Positions 10,020 through 22,504 are shown, counted from the stretch's first letter. The stretch is 64,000 bases of DNA from an uncultured delta proteobacterium (GCA_963847445.1 CAWJZV010000046.1:422564-486563), one strand, 5' to 3'. The notes: generated by a model from the letters alone, not told the origin. Numbers and translations are program-made.

Positions 10020-11042
10020 TTAAGCTGATTGGGGCTTGGTTTTTCCCATTCCAAACGACTCCGCCAGCAGTTCGTAGGAGCGATGGCGCGGCGCGGGATC
10101 GTAAGTCCATGTGACCACGACCAGCTCGTCGAGGTCGAGACCTTTCGCGAGTTCTTTCAATCGCGTGGTGACCTGGTCTGAAGACCCGACAATCGCTTTC
10201 CGGTGTAACTTTTCCGCAATCGCCAATTCAGCGGGCGAATACGGGCGGGTGGCTTCCTCCGGCGACATCAGCGGCTGGCGGATGCCTAGTTTGCGATCGA
10301 TCATGGCGCGCTCGCGCGATTTGAACTGGAACAGGGCTTCTGCTTCGGTATCGGCGGCCAGCGCCCAGACGCATATCGTGCAGATCGGCTTGGGATTATT
10401 TTCGCTCGGGCGATAGTTCTTGCGGTAAAGATCCAGTGCTTGCTCGACACCAAAGCCGTCGCTGAAGAAGTAGGCGAAGGCGTAGGGCAAACCAAAATAG
10501 GCCGCGAGTTGGGCGCCGTAGTCTGAGCTGCCGAGAATCCACATCTCCGGACTCGTCGGTCCCGTCGGTTGGGCAACGATTTTCTGAAACGGGTGGCCTT
10601 CGGGCAGCGGTTTCCCGGACACCCAGTGTTGCAGCTCCTGGACTTGCCGGGGAAATTGATCATGGACATTCTGCGGGTTCGGATTGAGCGCGTAGGACGT
10701 CAATTGATCCGATCCGGGGGCGCGGCCGATACCCAGGTCGATGCGTCCCGGCGCGATGGCCTCCAGGACGCGGAACTGCTCGGCGACTTTCAGCGCCGAA
10801 TAGTGCGGCAGCATGACGCCGGCGCTGCCGATACGGATGCGCGGCGTGGTGGCGGCGATCGCCGCCATGAGGATCTCGGGCGCGGTGCCGACGATATTAC
10901 CGGAGTTGTGATGCTCCGAGACCCAGTAGCGATGATAACCCAGCGCGTCGCAATGGCGCGCGAGCTCGAGGGTCTCACGGATCGCATTGTCCTGCGCTCG
11001 GCCCTTGGCCGCCGTCGATTGATCGAGTACTGACAATTTCAT
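10020..11042 (-). CDS. LLM-class flavin-dependent oxidoreductase (luciferase-like)
   Basis: MKLSVLDQS, RYWVSEHHN, RIGSAGVMLPHYSALKVAEQF, GRIDLGIGRAPG, WILGSS. Confidence 0.93.
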   Translation of the reverse strand: MKLSVLDQSTAAKGRAQDNAIRETLELARHCDALGYHRYWVSEHHNSGNIVGTAPEILMAAIAATTPRIRIGSAGVMLPHYSALKVAEQFRVLEAIAPGRIDLGIGRAPGSDQLTSYALNPNPQNVHDQFPRQVQELQHWVSGKPLPEGHPFQKIVAQPTGPTSPEMWILGSSDYGAQLAAYFGLPYAFAYFFSDGFGVEQALDLYRKNYRPSENNPKPICTICVWALAADTEAEALFQFKSRERAMIDRKLGIRQPLMSPEEATRPYSPAELAIAEKLHRKAIVGSSDQVTTRLKELAKGLDLDELVVVTWTYDPAPRHRSYELLAESFGMGKTKPQSA

Positions 11043-11250
11043 GGATGACCTGCGTGTCGGGCACAGTTCATTGTCGAGTTTGTTGGGAAGAGCATTCATC
11101 ACGAATAATACAGTGCGGCAAGGCCGCAACCAAACACCGGAATATCTCGCGCCAAGCTCGCAAAGACCACCAAGTTGTGAGATCAAATCTCCTTGGGGCC
11201 GGGGTTGGGAGGCGTTCGCGTGCGCGCACTTGGCGCGAGAAACGCCTCGG

Positions 11251-12167
11251 TTAACCGAGCCGATCGCCGACGTTTAATCCCGCCTGTTTGGCAAATTCCG
11301 CAGCCGCTGACTCTTGGCGCCTGCGCCGCGGGCTTTTTTCACGGTTAGAGTGCCACCGTTGAGGGCGATGGTGATTTCTGCTCCACCGATGCCGGTCACC
11401 TGTCCGGCTGGCGCGGCATTATTGCCAGTCTGCAGCCGCGCGTCGAAGATGCGCACCAGCTTGCCGTTGTAGGTCGTGTGCGCGCCGGGTTGGGGGTCGC
11501 AGCCGCGGATTAGGTTATAAACTTCCTGCGCCGGTTTGGACCAGTCGATCTTGGCATGGGCGTCGTCGCAGATGGGGTCGTAATTGGCTTTGGATTCGTC
11601 TTGGACGATGCGCGGCGGGTTGCCGGCTTTGATGAGGTCGACCGCTTCGCCGATCGCTTCGATGCCCAGGGGAAAGATTTTGTTGAAGTACAACGATCCG
11701 GTGGTGTCGTCCGGCTCGATCTTCACTTCCTTTTGCAAGAGGATCGGCCCGGTGTCGATGCCTTTGTCGACCCAAAATAGCGAAAGTCCGGTGACCGATT
11801 CGCCTTTGATCAAGGCCCAGTTGATGGCGCTGGCGCCGCGATACTTGGGCAAAAGCGACGGATGAAAGCAGATGCTGCCGAGTTTTGGCACGCTGAAAAC
11901 TTGCTGCGGGACGATCTGGGTGACGAACGCGAGAATCGCTAGATCGGCGTTCAACGCGACGAATTCGTCACACACTTCCGGCGCTTTGAAGGATTTAGGC
12001 TGGCGCACCTCGATGTGGAGATCGATGGCTTTCTGTTTTACCGGGTCGAATTTGCCGTTGGGCGGATCGGGCGGGCAATAGACCGCGACCACTTTCTCGC
12101 CTTTGCCGACGAGTTTTTCCAGAGTCTTTTCGGCAAACGCCGCTTGTCCGATCAATATTATTCGCAT
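11251..12167 (-). CDS. Formyltransferase (Fmt / 10-formyl-THF dehydrogenase N-domain-like); indels near C-terminus
   Basis: FHPSLLPKYRGASAINWA, DKGIDTGPIL, IDWSKPA..VYNLIRGCDPQPGA. Confidence 0.85.
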
Positions 12168-12232
12168 TTGGTGAAACTCCGAAATTGTAGAGCTAGCGCG
12201 TTACGAAGACGAGCCACGATCACGATTTCTCG

Positions 12233-12760
12233 TTAGCCGATGATTTTAAAGTCGCCGCCCTTGTAGCTCCGGCATAGATTGACGTAGGTGGTTGAGCCCA
12301 TCTTGATCCAGTGCAGCGCTTCGCCGGTAATTTCCTTCTTGACCTTGGCGGGCGCGCCGGCAGCGAGCACTCGAGGCGGGATGATCGTGTGCGGCGTTAC
12401 CACGCTGCCGGCGCCGATCAGGGCTTCTTCGCCGATCTCGACATGTTCGAGCAGGGTGACGTTCATGCCGATGATCGCGCCGCGCTTGACCAGCGGACCT
12501 TCCATGATTGCGCCGTGGCCGATGGTGCAATCTTCTTCGATGATCGTCGGTGCTTCGCCGGAATGAATCACGCAGTTGTCTTGCACGCTGGTGCGGGCGC
12601 CGATGACGATGGGATTGGCGTTTTGATCCGAGCGCAAGACCGCGCCCCACCAGATGCTCGCTTCATCGCCGATGGTGACATCGCCGATGATCACTGCGGT
12701 GGGCGCGATGAACGCCGTGGGAGAAACATGGGGCCGTTTGCCTTTGTATTCGATGAGCAT
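12233..12760 (-). CDS. Gamma-carbonic anhydrase family hexapeptide-repeat protein (YrdA/CaiE/PaaY-like)
   Basis: AFIAPTAVIIGDVTIG, IGARTSVQDNCVIH, TIGHGAI, AGAPAKVKK. Confidence 0.9.
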   Translation of the reverse strand: MLIEYKGKRPHVSPTAFIAPTAVIIGDVTIGDEASIWWGAVLRSDQNANPIVIGARTSVQDNCVIHSGEAPTIIEEDCTIGHGAIMEGPLVKRGAIIGMNVTLLEHVEIGEEALIGAGSVVTPHTIIPPRVLAAGAPAKVKKEITGEALHWIKMGSTTYVNLCRSYKGGDFKIIG

Positions 12761-12970
12761 GAAGAGCGAACCTCCGTAGATAAGTCACGATATTGGACGT
12801 GCCCGGGGAAATCAAGATTGTTGGTGCAATGTCGCGAGTGTGGATTGACTCGATTGGTAAAATTGTTAATGCTTTGCCAACTTTGCAGACCCTCAACCTA
12901 GCCCTCTCCCGCATGCCCGGGCGAGGGGAAAAGATTAGGAGAGCGGTCGATACCTATTGGAGGTTAGATT

Positions 12971-14038
12971 GTGAGATATTTTGCTGTCTTTGCGGTTTCG
13001 CTTTGGCCACTCATCGGTGCAGTGGACGTCGCGCTCGCGCAGACCCGCGAGGCGACTCTCGCGGCGCTGGGAAAACTTCCCGCCGCGGAGCGCCAGGCGC
13101 GTTTGGTCGAGGGGGCGAAGAAGGAGAACGGACTGGTTTGGTACTCGAGCACGACGGCGGAAGATGCGCTGGCGCTGAGCAAAAAGTTCAATGAGCAGCA
13201 TCCGGCGATCAAGATCAATCACTTCCGTTCGTCCAGTGAGAAGTTGCTCGAACGGATTCTCGCCGAATCCCGCGCCAATGCTTTCAAAGCCGACATCGTT
13301 ACCTTGCCCGAGCTGGAACTGTCGCTGATGATCCGGCGCAAACTGTTGCTGCGCTACGAAGCGGTAGAGAATTCTTTCTATCCCGCCGAGACCAAGGATC
13401 CGCGTGGTTTCTGGACCGGGCTGTACACCTCGGCGTGGGTGCCGGGCTACAACACCAAGCAGGTGGCCAAGGATCAGGCGCCGCGGACTTACAAAGATCT
13501 GCTCAACCCCAGGTGGAAGGGCAACATGGCGATGGATAACGAGCCTTTCAACTGGTACGTGATCTCGCTCAATTATCTAGAAAAGCGCGACGGCAAGGAG
13601 GCCGCGGCCAACTACATGAAGCAACTGGCGGCGCAGCAGTTGCAATGGCGCAAAGGCCATTCGTTGATCGGCCAACTGATGGCGGCGGGCGAGTTTCCCC
13701 TCGCCGCCGAGCTGCAAGTGCACACCGTGGAGCGCGCCAAAGCGACCGGCGCACCGGTCGAATGGTCGGTGCTCGACGGCGTGATTCCGATTTCTAAAGT
13801 CGGCGCGGCGGTCACCAGTACCGGGAACAGTATTTACACTTCGGCGCTGTTTTTTGATTTTCTCTTGTCGCGCGGCGGCATGGAGACGATCCGCGCGAGC
13901 CGGCGGATCCCGACGCGGCCGGATGTCACGGCGCCGTACTTAAAGCCGTACAAGCTCATCCCATTCGAGCCCCAGGCGATCGACGATTTCGACAAATACG
14001 TGACGTTGTTCCGCGATACCTTCAAGCCGGGAAATTAA
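12971..14038 (+). CDS. ABC transporter extracellular solute-binding protein (Fe3+/AfuA-like family)
   Basis: Signal peptide; GAKKENGLVWYSS, YNTKQV..PRTYKDLLNPRWKG, ALFFDFLLSRGG. Confidence 0.85.
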   Translation: MRYFAVFAVSLWPLIGAVDVALAQTREATLAALGKLPAAERQARLVEGAKKENGLVWYSSTTAEDALALSKKFNEQHPAIKINHFRSSSEKLLERILAESRANAFKADIVTLPELELSLMIRRKLLLRYEAVENSFYPAETKDPRGFWTGLYTSAWVPGYNTKQVAKDQAPRTYKDLLNPRWKGNMAMDNEPFNWYVISLNYLEKRDGKEAAANYMKQLAAQQLQWRKGHSLIGQLMAAGEFPLAAELQVHTVERAKATGAPVEWSVLDGVIPISKVGAAVTSTGNSIYTSALFFDFLLSRGGMETIRASRRIPTRPDVTAPYLKPYKLIPFEPQAIDDFDKYVTLFRDTFKPGN

Positions 14039-14210
14039 AATACTGGACACTGGAGAATGCAAAATTGACAACGCCGGTCGGAGTTAAGCGCGTGAGTGAC
14101 TCTTGGCGTTGAGCTGGTCTCAATTCCTTCTACGGCGTGGCGCGGGTAGAAAGCCTTTCGTTGCTGTGGTTTAACTATTGCGCCGCTCTGCATTTTGCCG
14201 CTACCGACCC

Positions 14211-15636
14211 GTGATTTCACCGTCATCGACTCATAACAGCGAAACCATTCGCCGTCTGGTTCTGATCAATTCCATCTTGGGTGTGACCATCGCGGGAGCT
14301 TCCGCGCGGGTCTTCATGATCTCGGTGCCGACGCTGGCAACGGCGCTCGATACCGACATGTTGGGCATCTCTTGGGCGCTGATTGTTTACCAGATGGCAG
14401 GTATCGGCCTGGGCGTGATCTGCGGCCGGCTGGGAGATATTCACGGCCACCACAAGACCTACGGGATCGGTATGTGGGTGATGGCGCTGGCTTCACTGCT
14501 CTGCGGCTTTTCACAAAATATCTGGCAGTTGATACTGTTCCGCTTTCTCCAGGGTATCGGCGGCGCGATAATTCAATCTTCGGGACGCACGCTGGCTTTT
14601 AAAGCGATGCCCGCCGGCGTCCGAAGGAAAAGCCCAGGGGTTGATGGCGATGTCCCATCAATTGGGCTTCTTTATCGGTCCCCCTATCGGCGGGCTGATC
14701 ATCGATCTGGTGCATTGGCGCGGGGTTTTTTTTCTCCTGTTTGTCCCGAGTCTGGCGGGCGCGGCTTTGTGCATGATGACGGGGCGCGCCGCGGCTGCCG
14801 CACCAATGCGCCGGCAGGCGATCGATTACCGCGGCGCCTTGCTGCTCTTCGCCTTGACGGTACTCGCGACGTTGTTGCTTGATCAAAAAGTCGCCCAGGC
14901 GGTGGGCACCGGCAGCGAGCTGTTGTTGGGGTCGGTATTTCTCGCCGCGCTGTGGCTTTTTCTTGTCCACGAAAAGCGCGCGCCCAGTCCGCTAGTCGAT
15001 CTATCGATTTTCTCGGTTAAAGTTTTTGGCTATGGCTCGGTGGGGCTGTTGTTCTGCAACATCAACCAGGGCCTGTCCACCTTCATCACGCCTTTTTACC
15101 TGCAACAGGTGCTCAACTTATCGCCGACGTTCATGGGCGCGATTTTTCTCGTGCCGTCGTTGTTGAGCATGGTGTTGTCGCCGGTGAGCGGCGCTCTCAC
15201 CGACCGCATCGGTTCGCGCTTGCTGTTGATTGTCGGCGTGCTGGTGCTGATGGCGAGCTTTATCATCGGCGCCTACCTGCGCAGCGATTCTCACTGGCTG
15301 CTGCCGACGATTTTGTTAGCTCTTACCGGTATCGGTTCGGCATTTTTCAACACGGCATCGCAGGCGGCGATGATCCGCGCCTTGCCCAAGGAAAATTGGG
15401 GCACGGCGATCGGCATCATCAACGGGGTTTTCGGTCTTGGCCATATGCTCGGCATTTCCTTGAGCGGCATCTTCTTGACCCTGGCGTTTCGCTACTACAC
15501 CGGCGATGCCGGCGCGACGCCCGACCCGGCGAATAGCTCTTTGTTCGTGGCGGCGATGAATTTGACCTACGTCTTTGCTTTGGCGCTCGCCGTCATCCCT
15601 TTGTTTACCTCGACTAAGATCAAGGGCAGGGAATAG
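14211..15636 (+). CDS. MFS transporter (DHA2/EmrB-like; frameshift near 14620)
   Basis: GRLGDIHG, LILFRFLQGIGGA, GPPIGGLI..HWRGVF, GALTDRIGSR; many hydrophobic helices. Confidence 0.88.
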
Positions 15637-15646
15637 CGCGGCGCCA

Positions 15647-15674
15647 GTGTCGTCAGCAACGTGTCGTCAGCAAC
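15647..15674. repeat. Perfect tandem duplication of 14 bp (GTGTCGTCAGCAAC x2)
   Basis: Read directly at 15647-15660 and 15661-15674. Confidence 0.85.
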
Positions 15675-15830
15675 CGTAAATTTAGGCGCGCGACTCTTGT
15701 CATAGAGCTGAAATTTTTATTTTGGACTGCGCCCCTCCGACTGCAGAGATTTCACCAAGAATTGAAGGGGAGCCTGATCGGTTCAGTTCTGGTTGAGTGT
15801 GGGTCACGAATAAGCGTTAGAACCGGCGCG

Positions 15831-17062
15831 CTACTTCAAGGCAAAATTTTTCTCAGCCATGGCGCAAATGCTTTGGCCGATGGCGAGGGACGCGGTGGCG
15901 CCGGGGGATGGCGCGTTCAAGACATGAATCGCGTTCTGGCTCTCTTTGATGACGAAGTCGTCGACCAAGGCGCCGCTGGCGGAGACCGCTTGGGCGCGCA
16001 CGCCGGCGCCGCCGGGAACGAGATCGTCCGCGCCAATCTCCGGCAGCAGTTTTTGCAGGGCACGCACGAAGGCTTTTTTACTCAACGAGCGGTAGAGCTC
16101 GCCAAAACCGGTCTGCCAATATTTCGCCGGTGATCGCCCAGAAGCCTTTGAATGAGACGGTGCGCCATAGGTCGCTCAAATTGATGTCGCTATGGCTGTA
16201 ACCTTCGCGGGCGTAGGCGAACACGGCGTTGGGGCCGGCTTCGACGCCGCCGCGCGCCATGCGCGTGAAATGCACGCCCAAAAACGGAAAAGTCGGGTCG
16301 GGCACCGGGTAAATCAGATTTTTCACCAGATGTTCGCGCGCCGGGCGCGATTTTGTAATACTCGCCGCGAAACGGGATGATGCGGTGCTCCTCGCCTTGG
16401 CTGTCGTGATTCTTGCCGCCCATCATTTGCGCGACGATGTCGGATTGCAGGCCGCCGCAGTTGATCAAATTTTTCGTCCGGTAGTCGCCGCCGGAAGTTT
16501 GCAGGATGATCTCTGCGCCGCGATCGAGAATGCCGACCACTCTTTGCGACAGGCGAATATCGCCGTTGGCGTCGCGCACCTTCTCGCCGTAGGCGGCGGC
16601 GACTTTGCGGTAGTCGACGATGCCGGTTTCGGGCACGTAGAGCGCTTTGATGCCGGTGGCGTGGGGTTCGATCTCTTTCAATCTTTCCGGGCCGATGATC
16701 TCCATGCCTTTGAGGCCGTTGGCGACGCCGCGGCGGTGTAGTTCCTCCAGGCGCGGCAGTTCGGCCTCGCTGGTGGCGACGACGACCTTGCCGCAGATTT
16801 CATAGGGGATGTTGTTGGCGTCGCAAAAGGCGATCAGCTCGGTGCGGCCGCCGACGCAGCTCTGGGCTTTCAACGATCCCGGCCGGTAGTATAGCCCGGA
16901 ATGAATCACGCCGCTGTTGTTGCCGGTCTGATGGCGCGCAAGTTGGGCTTCTTTCTCGAGCAGCAATAGCCGGATGTTGGGATGGGCCGCGGTGATTTTC
17001 AGCGCCGTCGCCAGGCCGAGGATGCCGCCGCCGATGATGGTGAGATCGTATTGTGAAGCCAT
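15831..17062 (-). CDS. lhgO: L-2-hydroxyglutarate oxidase (two frameshifts)
   Basis: [78 protein letters not shown]. Confidence 0.9.
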
Positions 17063-17143
17063 AGTGAAGTTCAACGTTCAAGGTTCAAAAGTTCAAGGTC
17101 GGAAGCCGAATCGTTCAGCTACGCCGTACCTTGAGCTGAATGA

Positions 17144-18080
17144 TTATAGGTGCAGCAGGCGGCGTGAATTTTTTTCCGTAAAGCTCTTAAAATGCGCTGG
17201 ATCAGCCAGCCCGTTGACCGCGTTGAAGGCTTTGCTGAGCGGTCCCAAGCCGCCGCAGTAGTCCGAGCCGAAGACGATATTGTTCTCGCCCATCTTGTGC
17301 ACCAGAAACGCCAGCGTCGTGGCGTCCGAACTGGCGCAGTCGATGAGAAAGTGTTCGAGAAAGATTTCCGCATATTTCTTCTCTCCGTGCGGTCCTTTGT
17401 GCTTCCAGAAAGAAGCGGTGCATCAACAGCGGAATGCCGCCGCCGGAGCTGCGGATGACGATTTGCAGATTAGGATGGCGGTCGAAGACTCCGCTGGCGA
17501 TCATGCGCAGGCAGCATTCGGCCACTTCGCCGTCGGACAAGACGGCGTAGGCGACGCCGGCGCCGCCGTCTTCGAGCTTTTTCAGCGACGGGCTCTGCGC
17601 CGTGCCGGCGCCATGGAGAAAGATCGGCAAGTTAAGCGCGTTGATCTTGGCGTAGAGCGGTTCCATGGCCGGGGTGTCGACCAACATTTCGCCGTCGACA
17701 TGGGGATACATGAGCACGGCGCGAAACCCCTGCTGGGCCATGCGGTCGATTTCGTTTATCGACTCGGCAATGTTTTTCAGCGACAGCGCAATGATGCCGC
17801 CCAGGCGGTCTTGGTGCGGCGCGATGCGCTGGGCCAGGACATCGTTGGACTGGTGCATCACCTCCAGCGCCTGCGCGGCGGTCAATTGATCGGCGTAGAT
17901 GCCGGCGCCCTGGCAAATCAGCTGCATGTCGATGCCGGCCTCGTCCATTTCTTTGACGCGCTTGGCCAGATCCGGGGAGTCGTAGGCGTCGATATGCGGC
18001 TTCTTGCCGGTCAATTGGCCGATGCGCTCGGCGACTTCCGGCGCGGTGTGATGGGCGTGCCAGTCGATTACGGTAGCCAT
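17144..18080 (-). CDS. Amidohydrolase family 2 protein (frameshift near 17410)
   Basis: IDWHAH, LPIFLHG, GVFDRHPNL, C-terminal frame VFGSDYCG. Confidence 0.8.
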
Positions 18081-18315
18081 GGCGAGTCTCCTTCGTACTT
18101 GTCGGTTGAGTTGGCAATACTGCGTCTGACTTATCACAGTCAAGCGCGCTTTGGTAAGTTCGTGCTTGCCGAGAATGAATGTAGTTGGGTTTCTACCGGG
18201 ATCGCCGAGCCGAAAAGATTTCTCGCACGGCTCGAAATGACCGATTGTCTAGAGCGCAACCAGGATGAGGTGCCGAGAGCGCTATCTGCGAACGATCTTG
18301 AAATGAGCCAGCGGC

Positions 18316-18949
18316 CTATTTCTTCGGCGCGCCGGCGAATTCGTTCTTGTCTTTGAGGCGGCGCACCAGCTCTTCGTAGGAGGATTTGGCGATCACGCGG
18401 TTGAACTGGGAACGATAGTTGTTGACCAGGCTGATGTTCTCGGCAACGACATCGTAAACCTTCCACTCGTTGCCGACCAATTGAGCGCGGTAGTTGATCG
18501 AGTATTCTTCGCCCTTGCTGGTGACAATTTTGCTGTTCACGTCGGCGTAGCCGCCGTCGACTTTTTCGGTCAAGTAGACGATTTTTTCGTCGATATAGGA
18601 CTCGATGATATCGGCGTAGGCACGTTCCAGTACCTCGGTGAACAGGCGGACAAATTCTTCCTGTTCCTGAGGCGTGCGCCGGGTCCAGTTGGGGCCGAGA
18701 GAACGCTTGGCCATTTCGGCAAAATTGAACCGGCTAAATAGCACCTGTTTTAGTTGTTCGCGTCGTTCGGACTGCTTGGTCGGCGGCTTCAAGCGCGGGA
18801 TCTCTGAGCACCACTAAGGCCTTGTCGACGGTCGCCTTGATCTGGTCCGTGGGCAGGCCGGCGCGGGCCTGGGAGGCGGTCAGGGTGACTGCTGCAAACC
18901 ATAGGGCTATTAGAAGCTTCACTGGATTATTTAGACTTAGGGGTCTCAT
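18316..18949 (-). CDS. mlaC: Phospholipid-binding protein MlaC/Ttg2D (frameshift near 18795)
   Basis: FNFAEMAKRSLG, WKVYDVVAENISLVNNYRSQF; operon position. Confidence 0.88.
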
Positions 18950-19409
18950 CTTTTTTTTCACCTTTAGACGTCAGATCGCCGCCAACAATTTTACCGATCA
19001 AATCGGGAATATCCGGCGGGGAGTCGGTTTCGCGAATTTTCCCGCCGGCAGGGATGATTTTATCCGATGCGCCGGGCGATACCAAGACAAATTTATCGCC
19101 GATCAAGCCGCGCGCCCGAACTGAGGCGATGACATCTTCCTGGAGCTTGACGCCGTCGTTAAGCCGCAGGGTCAAGCGGGCCTTATCTTCGGCCAAGGTC
19201 ATGCCTTCGACCCGGCCGACTTTGACACCGGCGATCTCCACGGGATCCCCGAGCTTTAGACCGGCAACTGAGGCAAAATCGGCGAAAAGCACGTAACCCT
19301 GGGCGCCGAACACTTCAAGCTTGCCGAGACGGATGGCGAGATAGCCCAGGCAGGTAATGCCGACCAGGACAAAGATGCCGACTAATATATCAGTGCGTGT
19401 ATGATTCAC
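18927..19409 (-). CDS. mlaD: MCE protein MlaD
   Basis: N-terminal TM helix, GLKLGDPVEIAGVKVGRV, GLIGDKFV. Confidence 0.92.
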   Translation of the reverse strand: MNHTRTDILVGIFVLVGITCLGYLAIRLGKLEVFGAQGYVLFADFASVAGLKLGDPVEIAGVKVGRVEGMTLAEDKARLTLRLNDGVKLQEDVIASVRARGLIGDKFVLVSPGASDKIIPAGGKIRETDSPPDIPDLIGKIVGGDLTSKGEKKDETPKSK

Positions 19410-19420
19410 TGTCGCAACTC

Positions 19421-20169
19421 CTAGAGGACTTGGATCGGTCCTTCGGTTTTCCCATGGATGAATTGCTGTACCACTGGATTCGCCGATGCACAGAACTCCG
19501 CCGGCGGCGAAATGTTTTCGATGATGCCGCCGGCGAGCATAGCAATGTAGTCTGAGATTTCAAAGACTTGCGGAATGGTATGACTGACGATGATGCCGGT
19601 ATAACCAAACTCGTTCTGAGTGCGGGCGATCAGTTGGTGAATGCTGGTGGCCAACACCGGGTCCAAGCCGGTGGTCGGTTCGTCGAACAGGACGATTTCC
19701 GGGTCCATGATCAGCGCCCGCGCCAATCCGGCGCGCTTTCTCATGCCGCCGCTCAGCTCGGCGGGAAATTTGCCGCCCATCTTGCCCAGGCCGACCTGCT
19801 CCAAGCGGCTATCGACCTTCTTCTTGATGTCGCTTTCGCTGGCATGCTGGTTTTTTCGCGCAGGGGAAAGGCGACGTTGTCGAATACACTCAGCGAGTCC
19901 AGCAGGGCGGCGCCTTGAAACAGCACGCCGAATTTGGCGCGCACTTCGTAGAGTTCTTTCTGGCGCAGTTTGGTAATGTCGACGCCGTCGACGAAAACTT
20001 CGCCGGCATCGGGCAGATAGAGGGCGTTCAAATGTTTCAGCAAGACGGTTTTGCCGCAGCCGCTGGTGCCGACGATGGTGGTGATCTTGCCGGTGGCGAA
20101 CTCTAGGTTCACGCCGCGCAGGACCTGTTGGCCGCGAAAGCTCTTGTGTAGATTGGCGACTTGGATCAT
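19421..20169 (-). CDS. mlaF: ABC ATPase MlaF (frameshifts near 19810-19840)
   Basis: Walker A GTSGCGKT, LFQGAALLDS, LSGGMRKRAGLARAL, DEPTTGLDP. Confidence 0.9.
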
Positions 20170-20174
20170 GGCGC

Positions 20175-20945
20175 TCAGAGCATGATGGAAGTCAGGAAGT
20201 AGTCCCAGACCAGAATGAAGACGAACGACAAGACCACCGACTCGGTGGTCGCTTGGCTGACACCGGTGGCCATGGGCGGGGCGTGAAAACCCTTGTAACA
20301 ACAGATCCAGGTGATGATCAGGCCGAAGGAAATCGATTTGACGAAGCCGCTGTAGACATCGTGGAACACCACGCTGTTTTCGATGCCGGCAAAAAAACTG
20401 CCGGAACTAACCCCCAACATGGAGACCCCGACTAAGTAGGAGCCGAAGATGCCGATGACGTCGAAGATGGCGGTCAGCAGCGGCATGGCGATCAGACTGG
20501 CGATGATGCGCGGCGAAACCAGAACTTGATCGGGTTGATCGCCATGGAGTCGAGCGCGTCGATCTGTTCGGTGGCGCGCATGGTGCCCAGCTCGGCGGCC
20601 ATGGCGGAGCCGGTTCTGCCGGTGACCATGAAGGCGGACAGCACCGGCCCCAATTCACGCAACAGACTCAGGGCGGCGGCCGAACCGAGATAGCTTTCGG
20701 CGCTGAATTTGCGCAGGCTATAGTAACCCTGGAAGCCCATCACCATGCCGGTGAAAAATCCCGACAGCGCGACCACGGACAGCGAATCCACGCCGATGGT
20801 TTTGATGTGGTAGACGATCAGGTTAAGCTTGGCCGGACGGCGGAACACCAGCATGATCGCCGACAGGAGAAAGTTAAACATTTTCCCCATGCCGGCGATG
20901 CGTTCGATGTGAGCGTTGGCCGATGTGGCCTAAGAAAGAAATCAT
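20175..20945 (-). CDS. mlaE: ABC permease MlaE (frameshifts)
   Basis: RELGPVLSAFMVTGRTGSAMAAELGTMRATEQIDAL, GVSQATTESVV. Confidence 0.9.
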
Positions 20946-21126
20946 CAGTGTTTACGGTAAAACAGAATGAAATTTGATTTTCGAAGTAAATATAGAAATC
21001 CGCCAATCATTGCAAGGTTTAGCGACAATTACGCCGCGTTCGCAGCGCATGCGTGAGAGGAATTTATTCGGAACATTCGCTGCGGCAACGACACGAGACG
21101 CGTGGTCACTCGAGCAAATTAGCAAC

Positions 21127-21892
21127 ATGAGCGAAGATACGTTGGACACGCTGATCGACGGCAAGCTGCGGCTTTACCAGAGCCGCACGGGCTACCGGTT
21201 CTCTCTCGACGCGTTGTTACTCGCGCATTTTGTCACGGTCAAGCGCGGCGACCGGATCTGTCGATCTTGGCACCGGCAATGGTCCGATCGCGCTGTTGTT
21301 GAGTCATTTGCATCCCTCGGCAGCGCTCGCCGGTTTGGAAGTGCAACCGGAGATGGCAGCGCGGGCCAAGCGCAGCGTCGCTCTCAACCGGCTCGACGAT
21401 CGGGTGGAAATTGTTACCGGCGATCTGCGCGAGATCGGCTCAATATTCACGCCATCGTCGTTCCATGTCGTCGTCAGCAATCCGCCCTTTCGTCCGGCCA
21501 GCAGCGGCCGGATCAGCCCTAATCGGGAGAAACAGTGGGCACGCCATGAGATCAAAGGCGGATTGACAGATTTTCTCGCTGCCGCGGTTTATCTGCTTCG
21601 ACCAAAAGGGCGGCTGGCGTTGATCTACTCAGCCGAGCGGGCGGTTGAGTTGCTCGTCAGCCTGCGCCGCGCCGGTCTCGAGCCCAAACGGCTGCGCTGG
21701 GTCCATTCCTTCGCCGCGGACGGAGCACTGCTGGTATTGGCCGAAGCGGTCAAGGGCGGTCGAAGCGGCATCGAAGTCGAGCCGCCGCTGGTGATTTATC
21801 GCAAGGGCAAGGAATACACAGCGGAAGTCGCCAATATTGTCGCCGGTATCGCCAAGCCGAGCGCTAGAACGGCGCTGCCCGATGACGAGTAG
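21127..21892 (+). CDS. tRNA1(Val) A37 N6-methyltransferase-like SAM-dependent methyltransferase (frameshift near 21258)
   Basis: GYRFSLDALLLAHF, DLGTGNG, VVSNPPF, ARHE, LEPKRLRWVH. Confidence 0.85.
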
Positions 21893-21909
21893 AACCGGTT
21901 GTAGCAATT

Positions 21910-22372
21910 TCATTCGGGCTTGGTTGGACGGCGGGCGAAACTATTTAAGAGTTTTTTAAAGGCGTCGCGGATTTCCGGATCTTCGATGGTTTCAATGAAC
22001 CCGGCATCGACCAGCCGTGGCGGCGTCGCAGCTGGCTGATCGGTGCTTGCCTCGGGCGGCAGGTCGATCCGGCCGACGATGAAAAAAATATTTTTGACGA
22101 CGTTGCTTTTCAGTTGCTCGTTGAGCTTAGCGGTGATCATTTCCTTCATGAACTGGAGTTGCTGCATCCACACCGGGCTGGATACTTTGACGATCAGGGT
22201 GCCGTTACGGATCTTTTCCGGTTGGGCGTTACGGGCGATGGCGCTGCCGACCGCTTGATTCCAGATCGTCCAAACGCCGTAGTCTGCCAGGCGCGAGTCC
22301 AAGTCGAGGCGCTTGAGCGAGGTGTCCAGCAACTCGCCCAAGCCGTTCGATCTGTGGGTATTTTCGCGCCAT
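21910..22372 (-). CDS. DUF721/DciA-family helicase-loading protein (indel near N-terminus)
   Basis: WNQAVGSAIARNAQP..IRNGTLIVKVSSPVWMQQLQFMK; ATG at 22372 gives MARKYPQIERL. Confidence 0.8.
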
Positions 22373-22504
22373 GAATCAGACTTTCGCCCCTGTAACTACC
22401 AGATCGGCGCCGTCCATGCTAGCCGCTGCGATGCTGCCGCAAGTTTAGTAATTTCCGCAAAAGTGGCGAAAAGTCACAACAAATTCCGCTGCCGAAAATT
22501 TTTA

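Noticed and set aside
11251-12167. Assignment as housekeeping fmt
   Set aside because: No def/rsmB context, and the N-terminus (IGQAAF) is closer to other formyltransferase-like proteins, so no symbol was given.
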